A stretch of 64,000 nt of DNA from Candidatus Latescibacterota bacterium (GTDB lineage: Bacteria > Latescibacterota > UBA2968 > UBA8231). The notes under the pieces are model-generated. The model saw nothing but the letters and a program-made list of their open reading frames with translations. It ran no database searches and had not been told where the DNA came from. A program made the position numbers and the translations under genes. Positions within the stretch are counted from its first letter, which is position 1, and each line of letters opens with the position of its first letter. Below are positions 56,452-64,000 of the stretch, piece after piece. Location: positions 864,001-928,000 of the forward strand of contig CBDCSU010000006.1 in assembly GCA_965221775.1 (NCBI GenBank), given 5' to 3'.

Positions 56452-57642
56452 TCAGCCGGTGAGCAGCTCGAAGGTCTGGCGGGCCACGATCCACTCCTCG
56501 TCGGTGCGCAGAACGTGCAGGCCCACGCGGCTGCCGGCGGCGTGCAGGCTCCCCTCGCCGCGGACCTCCTCGTTCTTGGCCGGGTCCAGCTCCACGCCGA
56601 GGAACTCCAAGCCCGCCAGCACCTGGGCTCGCACCCGGCTGGAGTGCTCGCCGATGCCGCCGGTGAAGCTGATCGCGTCCAGGCCTCCCAGCTCGACGGC
56701 GAAGGCTCCGAGGTAGTCGCGGATCGACGAGGTGAAGACGTCGATGGCGAGGGCGCAGCGCCGGTCGCCGGCGGCGGCCTTCTCCTCGATGTCGCGCATG
56801 TCGTTGGAGGCCCCGCTCAGCCCGAGGAGGCCGCCCTCGGTGGCGCAGACCTCCAGGGCCTCGTCGAGGGAGATCCCCTCGCGGTCGCAGACCACCTGCA
56901 GGGCCCATGGGTCCAGGTCGCCGATGCGGTTGTTCTGCGGCACCCCGCCCTGGGGGCTGAGCCCGTGGGAGGCGCCCTGGGAGCGGCCGTCCCTCACCGC
57001 GCACAGGGACGACGAGCCGCCCAGGTGGCAGTTGACGTGGCGCAGGCGGTCGGTGCCCGCCAACTGAAGCACCTTCTCGGCGGCGTAGCGGTGCGAGGCG
57101 CCGTGGAAGCCGTAGCGCCGGATGCCGTACTCCTCGTGCCAGTGCCAGGGGACGGCGTAGAGCTGCCGCCGCAGCGGCGCGGTGCCGTGGAAGGCCGGCT
57201 CGAAGCACCCCACCCGCGGCGCGTGCGGCGCCACCCGGGCGAACCAGCGGATGGCGGCCACGTACGCCGGGTTGTGGGCCGGCGCCAGGCGGTAGAAGTC
57301 CTCCATGCGGCCCAGGACCTCCTCGTCCAGCTCCACGACGCCGGTGATGCCCCGGGCGTGGACGGTCTTGAAGCCGACCGCCTCAAGCTGCTCCACCGAC
57401 TTCAGCGGCGCCCCGTGTCCGCCGGTGAGCCGCGCCAGGGCCTCGTCGATGGCGGCCCCGTGGTCGCGCAGGACGCAGCTCCGCTCCACCGGGTCGCCGC
57501 CGGCGAGGCGGTACTCGTGCACGGACCCGCCGCCGCCGCCGATGCGGTCCATGCCTCCCCGGGCCAGCACCTCGCCCGCGGGCATGTCGAACACCTTGTA
57601 CTTGAAGGAGGTGCTGCCGAGGTTGGCCACCAGGACCTTCAT
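56452..57642 (-). CDS. ackA: Acetate/propionate kinase
   Basis: NLGSTSFK, RRYGFHGASH, HLGGSSS, FTGGIGEHS. Confidence 0.88.
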   Translation of the reverse strand: MKVLVANLGSTSFKYKVFDMPAGEVLARGGMDRIGGGGGSVHEYRLAGGDPVERSCVLRDHGAAIDEALARLTGGHGAPLKSVEQLEAVGFKTVHARGITGVVELDEEVLGRMEDFYRLAPAHNPAYVAAIRWFARVAPHAPRVGCFEPAFHGTAPLRRQLYAVPWHWHEEYGIRRYGFHGASHRYAAEKVLQLAGTDRLRHVNCHLGGSSSLCAVRDGRSQGASHGLSPQGGVPQNNRIGDLDPWALQVVCDREGISLDEALEVCATEGGLLGLSGASNDMRDIEEKAAAGDRRCALAIDVFTSSIRDYLGAFAVELGGLDAISFTGGIGEHSSRVRAQVLAGLEFLGVELDPAKNEEVRGEGSLHAAGSRVGLHVLRTDEEWIVARQTFELLTG

Positions 57643-58595
57643 CGGCTCCGCTCCCGCTCTTCCATGGCCCGCTCCGCCCGCAGGCCCAGCCGCGCCGCGT
57701 CGGCCGCCGTGGCCAGGTCCGTCTGCCAGCCGGTCTCCTCTCCCCGCACGTCCCGCAGGAACAGCTGCTCCAGGGACTCCGCCGGGCCCTCATCCGCAGC
57801 CAGGGCCTTCCGCCCCGAGGGGGTGGCCACCGACCACGAGCCCCCGTCGCGGACCAGGGTGCCGCCCGACATCACCACCCGCTCGAACTGCTCGGCCTCG
57901 TCGATCTCGACGCCGCCGGACCAGACCCAGGTGGCCGTGCCGCCTCCGAGCCCGGCGGTGACCGTGTTCTGGAAGCGGCGGTAGCGCCCCGTCTCCGGGT
58001 CGAGCCCTTCGTACCGGCACGAGGCCTCCACCCAGCGGGCGGCGCCGAAGAGGTCGACGAGGGGGTACACCTGGTAGACGAAGAACAGGGCCGGCGGCCC
58101 CGACACCGGCAGGTTGAGCAGCACCTCGGGGCGGGCCCCGCGGCCGGGGGTGAGGCGCACGAAGACGGCCGTCATCAGCTCGCCCAGGCCGGCCGCGGCC
58201 GAGCGCAGAGCCCGGTGCTCCCCGCTGACCACCTCGCCGTGGGCCACCCGCACGACGCTGCCCCCGTCCAGCCCGGCGCGGGTCAGGGCCTCCACCTCGG
58301 CCTCCCGCCGCGCCAGCGGATACTCGACGAAGACCGGCTTGCCCGCCGCCACCGCCGCCAGGGCGATCGCTCCGTGGCTGTCGTTGTGGGTGCACACGGC
58401 GACCGCGTCCACCAGGTCCCCCTCGACCAGGGACTCCCAGCCGCCGAGCTGCCGCGCGCCCAGCTCGCCCGCCAGGGCGCCGCCGGTCTCCGGGTTGCGC
58501 GCCGCCACCGCCGGGACGCTGCAGCCGTCGAGGGCGTCGAAAGCCAGGCCCCGGCGGCGGGCCATGCCCCCCGATCCGACGATGCCGATCCTCAC
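57639..58595 (-). CDS. Gfo/Idh/MocA family oxidoreductase
   Basis: GIVGSGGMA, CTHNDSH, VEYP. Confidence 0.8.
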   Translation of the reverse strand: MRIGIVGSGGMARRRGLAFDALDGCSVPAVAARNPETGGALAGELGARQLGGWESLVEGDLVDAVAVCTHNDSHGAIALAAVAAGKPVFVEYPLARREAEVEALTRAGLDGGSVVRVAHGEVVSGEHRALRSAAAGLGELMTAVFVRLTPGRGARPEVLLNLPVSGPPALFFVYQVYPLVDLFGAARWVEASCRYEGLDPETGRYRRFQNTVTAGLGGGTATWVWSGGVEIDEAEQFERVVMSGGTLVRDGGSWSVATPSGRKALAADEGPAESLEQLFLRDVRGEETGWQTDLATAADAARLGLRAERAMEERERSR

Positions 58596-59794
58596 GGGCG
58601 CGCCGGACTGCCGTCGGGCAGCCGCGTCTGCGTCCAGGTCTCGACGCCGTCGGTGCAGGGGTGCTTCGCCGCCAGTTCCTCGTCCACGTCGATGCCGAGG
58701 CCGGGGCTGTCGTTGGGGTACATGTAGCCGCCGCGCACCTCGGGCATGCCCGGGAAGATCTCGGCCATGCGGTCGTGGAAGCGGCACCATTCCTGGACCC
58801 CGAAGTTCGGCGCCCACAGGTCCAGGTGCAGGTTGGCGGCGTGCCCCACGGGGGAGACGTCGCCGGGACCGTGCCAGGCGGTGCGGATCCCGTACATGTC
58901 GCCGAAGGCGGCGACGTTGCGCGCCGGCGTGAAGCCGCCCATCTGCGAGACGTGCATGCGCAGGAAGTCGATGAGCCGGTCCTGGATCAGCGGCTGCCAC
59001 TCGCGCGGGTGGTTGAACAGCTCGCCCATGGCGATCGGCGTCGAGCACTGCTGGCGGATGTTGCGGAACCACTCCAGGTCCTCGGGGGCCAGCGGGTCCT
59101 CCAGGAAGAACAGGCGGAAGCGTTCCATCTCCTTGGCGAAGCCCACCGCGTCGATGGGGACCAGCCGCTCGTGCACGTCGTGGAGCAGCTCCACCTCGAA
59201 GCCCAGCTGCTCGCGCACGTGCTCGAAGACCTCCAGGTGGGCGCGCATGTAGGCGCGGGGATCGAAGTAGGAGCCCGGCTGGGCGCCATCGGGCGCGGGC
59301 CGCTCCGCCGCGAGACCGCCGTAGCCGCCCTGCTGCACGCGGATGTACTGGTAGCCCTGCTCCTGGTAGCCGCGGATCGAGTCGACGATCTCCTCCTTGC
59401 TGGCGCCGCCGGCGTGGGCGTAGCAGGCCGCCGCCTCGCGGCACTTGCCCCCGAGGAGCTGGTAGACCGGCATGCCCGCGCGCTTGCCCTTGATGTCCCA
59501 CAGGGCCTGGTCGACGCCGGAGATGGCGTTGTTCAGCACCGGCCCGTTGCGCCAGTAGCCGTTGACGCAGGAGAGCTGGTAGATCTCCTCGATGCGGTCC
59601 ACGTCGCGCCCGATGAGCAGCGGCTTCAGGTGCCGCTCCACGGCGGCGACCACGGCGCGGAACCGCTGGGTGAAGGTGGCGCACCCGACGCCGTGGAGCC
59701 CCGGCTCGGAGGTGAGGATCTTGACGATGACGAGCCGCGCTCCCGCCGGCTGGGTGGCGATGACCTGCACGTCGCGGATGGTGACGGTGCTCAT
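58592..59794 (-). CDS. Mannonate dehydratase-like enolase-superfamily protein (RspA/ManD)
   Basis: YWRNGP, LWDIKGK, LLHDVHER, GELF, WHGPGD. Confidence 0.9.
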   Translation of the reverse strand: MSTVTIRDVQVIATQPAGARLVIVKILTSEPGLHGVGCATFTQRFRAVVAAVERHLKPLLIGRDVDRIEEIYQLSCVNGYWRNGPVLNNAISGVDQALWDIKGKRAGMPVYQLLGGKCREAAACYAHAGGASKEEIVDSIRGYQEQGYQYIRVQQGGYGGLAAERPAPDGAQPGSYFDPRAYMRAHLEVFEHVREQLGFEVELLHDVHERLVPIDAVGFAKEMERFRLFFLEDPLAPEDLEWFRNIRQQCSTPIAMGELFNHPREWQPLIQDRLIDFLRMHVSQMGGFTPARNVAAFGDMYGIRTAWHGPGDVSPVGHAANLHLDLWAPNFGVQEWCRFHDRMAEIFPGMPEVRGGYMYPNDSPGLGIDVDEELAAKHPCTDGVETWTQTRLPDGSPARP

Positions 59795-59951
59795 GGTTTA
59801 TGCACTCCCGACAGTTGAGATGCGAGGCTCCTACCCCGCCGGCACCTCCTGCCGATATCCGGGGTGGCGAAAGCGGCGACACAGCGAACCGCTGTTGACG
59901 GTATCGATACCTCGATCCCAATATAGATCACTACGAAGAGGAGCATGGCAA

Positions 59952-60179
59952 ATGCCCACAGCAAGAGAAAAGTTCTCCAGCCGAGCCGCGCCTGAGTTGC
60001 TGTCGGCAGTCCGCGAAATCGCCCGCAAAGAAGGCCGCCATTTTCAAGTGGTGCTGGAAGATGCCCTGCGGGAGTACGTGGAGAACCATGCCCAGCAAGG
60101 GCCTCGAGCATCGGTGATGGCCCACTTCGAGGCCAGCGTCGACAGGAACCGTCGCCTGGGCGAACGGCTGGCCGAATGA
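59952..60179 (+). CDS. Putative antitoxin (RHH-like)
   Basis: 75 aa, stop overlaps the start of the Doc toxin. Confidence 0.7.
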   Translation: MPTAREKFSSRAAPELLSAVREIARKEGRHFQVVLEDALREYVENHAQQGPRASVMAHFEASVDRNRRLGERLAE

Positions 60180-60562
60180 CTCATGACTTTCCCACCATCG
60201 AGGAAGTCATGGACATGCACGATGCTTTGATCAGGACATTCGGTGGCGCACCGGGCCTTCGGGATGAGGACGCTCTCATCTCCGCCCTTGCTCGCCCTCA
60301 GCTTGGATACTACGAGGGAGTCGTGCAGGAAGCCGCTGCCCTCATGGAGAGTCTTGCCAACAACCACGCCTTCGTGGATGGCAACAAGCGGATCGCCTTC
60401 TTCGCAACTGACACCTTCCTCCGCATGAACGGCCACTTCATCAAGTGCGACAACGATGAAGCCTACGCCTTCTTCATGCGAAGGTTCGAGACCCATTCAT
60501 TCCGGTTCTCGGAATTGAGTTCGTGGCTCGAACAGAAAGTCGAACCGCTGCCAGGGTCCTGA
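60176..60562 (+). CDS. doc: Death-on-curing (Doc/Fic) family toxin
   Basis: GLRD and NHAFVDGNKRIA. Confidence 0.9.
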   Translation: MTHDFPTIEEVMDMHDALIRTFGGAPGLRDEDALISALARPQLGYYEGVVQEAAALMESLANNHAFVDGNKRIAFFATDTFLRMNGHFIKCDNDEAYAFFMRRFETHSFRFSELSSWLEQKVEPLPGS

Positions 60563-61080
60563 TCCCCTCGTCGGCTTCTCACCCACCCCCCACACCGAGA
60601 GCGGTTCCGATCCAGCATAGCAAAGGCTGACCCCTGCTCGTAGTCCTCGACCTTCTTCAACACGGAGGAAATCAGAAGGTCAACCCACTCCCGCTCTGCG
60701 GCATTGCCCGCCCAACCACCTCCGGGAAGAGCAGTACTGCTGAATTGGCTCGGATCGCATGTCTCCCCCGGAGCGGTCCCCGCGAGGCCACGGCGGTAAC
60801 GCTGACTCGTGATCTCGGTCACTTCCAGCCCATTTCCCGACCATTGCGTTTCCACACAAAATCCGGCGTCTCGTGCTTCGGGATGGCGAATGGATACTCC
60901 AGACAGTTCCGAGAGGCCAGCGTTAGTAGGTATTCCCCCAGCGTGAACCGTTCCCGAAAGGTCTGAAGTACGTCTCTCTGCCCCCCGCTCGAAGTCTATC
61001 TCCAAGATTGCTTCGACAAGTTCATCCTTGGCCGAGATGGTGATCTCGTCATCCAAGGGATGGAAGAACCTCTCCGTCAT
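60563..61080 (-). pseudogene. Probable degraded hypothetical gene (lower GC)
   Basis: Lower-GC ORF that runs into doc and has no recognisable motif. Confidence 0.25.
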
Positions 61081-61240
61081 GGCCTCGCCCCACTCTTCCG
61101 GCTTCCGCCGAAGATTCGGTGATGTTGGCACTGGCCTCGCCAAGCCCTCGCCCGGCATCCACCATCGACTCCTCGACGGATGTCAATCGATCGAGGCGCT
61201 GGAATTAGCAGGTGCCGCACCCCCCTTTGGGCCCACTGGC

Positions 61241-61873
61241 CTACCCCTGCCACAGCCCCAGCAACTCCTCCGACGTCGTCACGTCCAGCCCGATGTCCCG
61301 GAACTGCCGCAGGGCCGCCTCGTGGCCGTGGGGCCGCGGGGACCGCGTGCAGTCGCCGACGACGGCGACGTAGTAGTCCTTGTTGGTGGCGCTCCAGGCG
61401 GTGGCCTCCAGGCACCAGTCCGTCGAGCAGCCCACCAGGACCACGCTCTCCCGCCGCAGGGTGCGCAGCATGAGGTCGAAGTCGGTGCCCTCGAAGGCGC
61501 AGCCCCGGTGCTTGGGCAGGATGTGGTCGCCCTCCCGCGGCTCCAGGCCCGGGTGGACCCGCACCTTGTCGTAGTCCGGCTCGAACTCCTCGTGGAGGCG
61601 GCCGGGGTCGTGCCCCAGGTTCAGCCAGGTGCGGATGACCGCGGCGGAGGCGTCGGTGAGGCCGCGGTTGCGGTGGTTGTAGAAGTAGAACACGGGCACC
61701 CCGCGGCGCCGGGCCGCGGCGGCGAGGAGCTTCACCTTGTCGAAGATGACCCGGTCCGTCCCCGCGTCCCACCGGGGGACGTTCTCGATGTCGATCACCG
61801 CCAGCGCCGCCCGGCGCGGGTCGACCACCTCCGCCAGGCTCTCGCAGACCTGCTTGCCGTCGATCGTCAGCAT
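61241..61873 (-). CDS. Isochorismatase-family cysteine hydrolase
   Basis: ALAVIDIEN, KHRGCAF, GCSTDWC. Confidence 0.85.
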   Translation of the reverse strand: MLTIDGKQVCESLAEVVDPRRAALAVIDIENVPRWDAGTDRVIFDKVKLLAAAARRRGVPVFYFYNHRNRGLTDASAAVIRTWLNLGHDPGRLHEEFEPDYDKVRVHPGLEPREGDHILPKHRGCAFEGTDFDLMLRTLRRESVVLVGCSTDWCLEATAWSATNKDYYVAVVGDCTRSPRPHGHEAALRQFRDIGLDVTTSEELLGLWQG

Positions 61874-62052
61874 GGATCCTCCTTCGGGGGCGCGAAGTAT
61901 ACGGCTCCGCCGGGCCTCCGGGGGCAGGGCACGCGGCCCCCCGGGCGGTCCCACGGGCGCGGCACTGGCGGCGGGCCCGGGGGCAGGGCTCCGGGCGGCC
62001 GGCCCGGTCCCGCACTGGCGGCACTCCCCCGCGGGCCCCACATTAGGCCCCC

Positions 62053-63135
62053 ATGACTGACAAGCTGACCGTCGCCATCATCGGGTGCGGCCGCCTGGGC
62101 CAGCACTACGTGGACGTCTACAACACCCTCCCCGACACCGAGGTCGTGGCCCTCGTCGATCCCAACCGAGGCCGCCTCCAGGCCGTGGGCGAGCGCTTCG
62201 GCGTCGACGGCCTCTTCGCCGACGTGGAGGAGCTGTACCGCCGCATGACCCCGGATCTGGCCGCCGTGGTCCTGCCCGCCAAGTTCATCCAGGAAGTCGT
62301 CACCGCCAGCGCCGAGGCCGGCGTGCGCGGCGTCTCCACGGACAAGCCGATCGGCGCCCGGCTGGCCGACGTGGACGCCATGATCGAGGCCTGCGAGTCC
62401 CGGGGCGTCGTCTTCGCCGGCGGCAACCTGGTGCGCGCCATGAGCCAGGTGCAGGAGGCCGCCGCCTGGCTGCGGGCCGGCGACTTCGGCGAGCTGCGGG
62501 GCGCCGCCGTCCACTCCTTGAGCACCGAGATCTCCGGCGGCGGCTGCCAGCAGATCGCCGTGATGCGCCTGTTCACCGGCGCCGAGGTGGCCGAGGTCAC
62601 CGCCTGGGGCTCGCCCCGGGAGGCCTTGGAGTCCGGCACCGACAAGGACCTCGCCATCAACGGCCTCTTCCGCCTCAGCAGCGGCATCGAGTGCCCCGTC
62701 TTCAGCTCCCGTGACCCCTGCCGCGGCGTCGACGCCTGGACCGACGACGCCCTCGTGCGCTGGAACTGGGCGCCGCCGGAGGTCTGGCAGGGCTTCGACG
62801 ATTCCGGCGCCCGCATCCGCGTCGAGCGCCCGTTCGCCCCCATCGAGTACCCGCGCTTCTCCTACCTCGGCACCTCGATCCGCTCCTTCATCGACGTCGT
62901 CCGCCACGGCGGCGAGCTGCGCATCTCCGGCCGCGACCTGCTCCAGTCCCTCGAGGTCGCCATCGCCGCCCGGGAGTCCGCCCTGCGCAACGCCGTCCCG
63001 GTCTCCCTGCCCCTGCAGGACCGTTCCCTCACCCTCTACCCGGTCCCCTACCGCTGGCTCGGCGGCGACAACTCGGGCCGCGAGCAGAGCGTCGAGGAAG
63101 CGCGCACCATGCCCCTGTTCCCCCACTCCTCCTGA
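62053..63135 (+). CDS. Gfo/Idh/MocA family oxidoreductase
   Basis: IIGCGRLG and TDKPI. Confidence 0.85.
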   Translation: MTDKLTVAIIGCGRLGQHYVDVYNTLPDTEVVALVDPNRGRLQAVGERFGVDGLFADVEELYRRMTPDLAAVVLPAKFIQEVVTASAEAGVRGVSTDKPIGARLADVDAMIEACESRGVVFAGGNLVRAMSQVQEAAAWLRAGDFGELRGAAVHSLSTEISGGGCQQIAVMRLFTGAEVAEVTAWGSPREALESGTDKDLAINGLFRLSSGIECPVFSSRDPCRGVDAWTDDALVRWNWAPPEVWQGFDDSGARIRVERPFAPIEYPRFSYLGTSIRSFIDVVRHGGELRISGRDLLQSLEVAIAARESALRNAVPVSLPLQDRSLTLYPVPYRWLGGDNSGREQSVEEARTMPLFPHSS

Positions 63136-63152
63136 AGGACACGACCGCTCCC

Positions 63153-63872
63153 ATGGACCCACGCCGGCACCTGCCTCTCGAAGGCGCCCTCAACGTCCGC
63201 GATCTCGGCGGCTACCCGACGGCCGACGGACGCACCACCCAGTGGCGCCGATTCCTGCGCGCCGACGGCCTCCACCAGCTCGCGGACTCCGCCCGCGACG
63301 AGTTGGTGGGCCTGGGGCTGCGCACCGTCGTCGACCTGAGGAGGGACAGGGAGCTGGCCGAGAGGCCCAGCGTCTTCGCGGCCCTGGAGGGGGTCGACTA
63401 CCTCCAGGTGGACTACGTCGGCGAGAGCCCCATCGATCCCTCCCAACCCCTGCTCGAAGGCGCCGAGCGGACCGGCGACATCTACTGCCAGTGGCTCGAG
63501 GTCCGCCGCAACCAGGTGCGCGACACCCTGCGCGCCCTGGCCGCGCCCGGGGCCGTGCCCGCCCTGTTCAACTGCGCCGCCGGCAAGGACCGCACCGGCG
63601 TCACCGCCGCCCTGCTCCTCGGCCTGGCCGGGGTGCCCGACGACGTGATCGCCGAGGACTACAGCCTCAGCGGCTGGTTCCTCGTCCACCGCCTGGAGGA
63701 GGGCGACCCCCGGACCCGGGAGGAGTACCAGGAGCAGGCCTCGCCCCGGAGGGCCATGGAGATCGTCCTCGAGCACCTGAACGGCAAATACGGCGGCATC
63801 GAGCCCTTCGTGCGCACCATCGGCCTCTCCGCGGAGGAGGTTGCGCGGCTGCGCGCCGGCCTGCTGGACTGA
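63153..63872 (+). CDS. Tyrosine-protein phosphatase (IphP/Y_phosphatase3 family)
   Basis: NVRDLGGY and CAAGKDRTG. Confidence 0.9.
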   Translation: MDPRRHLPLEGALNVRDLGGYPTADGRTTQWRRFLRADGLHQLADSARDELVGLGLRTVVDLRRDRELAERPSVFAALEGVDYLQVDYVGESPIDPSQPLLEGAERTGDIYCQWLEVRRNQVRDTLRALAAPGAVPALFNCAAGKDRTGVTAALLLGLAGVPDDVIAEDYSLSGWFLVHRLEEGDPRTREEYQEQASPRRAMEIVLEHLNGKYGGIEPFVRTIGLSAEEVARLRAGLLD

Positions 63873-63882
63873 CCGTGCCGCG

Positions 63883-64000
63883 ATGACCGCTCTGGACCCG
63901 CGCCGGCACCTGAAGCTCGAAGGCACCATGAACGTCCGCGATCTCGGCGGCTACCCCACGGCCGACGGCCGCACCACCCGGTGGCGCCGCTTCCTGCGCG
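63883..64000 (+). CDS. Second tyrosine phosphatase paralog (truncated by window edge)
   Basis: MTALDPRRHLKLEGTMNVRDLGGYPTADGRTT, nearly identical to the N-terminus of the upstream gene. Confidence 0.8.
   Translation, partial: MTALDPRRHLKLEGTMNVRDLGGYPTADGRTTRWRRFLR

Noticed and set aside
333-63929. Numerous long overlapping or antisense ORFs (e.g. 333-2360 -, 5956-8643 +, 36151-39648 -, 52925-56236 +)
   Set aside because: Shadow ORFs typical of high-GC DNA: Arg/Pro/Gly-rich, without motifs, and overlapping well-supported genes.

Overview
High-GC bacterial DNA. The secreted-protein C-terminal motif SAVEPSSWGRIK suggests a Latescibacterota/Poribacteria-like lineage (inference). Region 1-21.5 kb holds cell-wall genes (SPOR, MltD, mreD-mrdA-rodA), a surface-glycan trio, sugar-catabolism genes and a decayed array of secreted paralogs. 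The main feature is a ~24.5 kb candidate RiPP/bacteriocin cluster (21.5-46.1 kb). It has two sigma54-type promoters, two GT4 glycosyltransferases, a BtrH-like protein, a TPR protein, four tandem precursor peptides with a shared 22-aa leader and hydrophobic Cys-patterned cores, ABC exporters, an S8 protease fused to a TIGR04066/DUF1611-like domain, a Yip1/MacAB-type module and an acyl carrier protein. No recognisable RiPP radical SAM or lanthipeptide maturase is present. One MacB-like permease is split by a 5,283-bp IS1595-family transposon (8-bp target duplication TTCGCAAG). This element carries a structured 5' leader and two tRNA-like copies with a Val (UAC) anticodon but a long variable arm and G73. 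Downstream are a zinc-uptake operon headed by an RHH plus Cys4 regulator candidate, a multiheme-TPR/CRTAC1 pair, toxin-antitoxin genes and further metabolic genes. All family calls come from motif recognition by eye, not from database searches.
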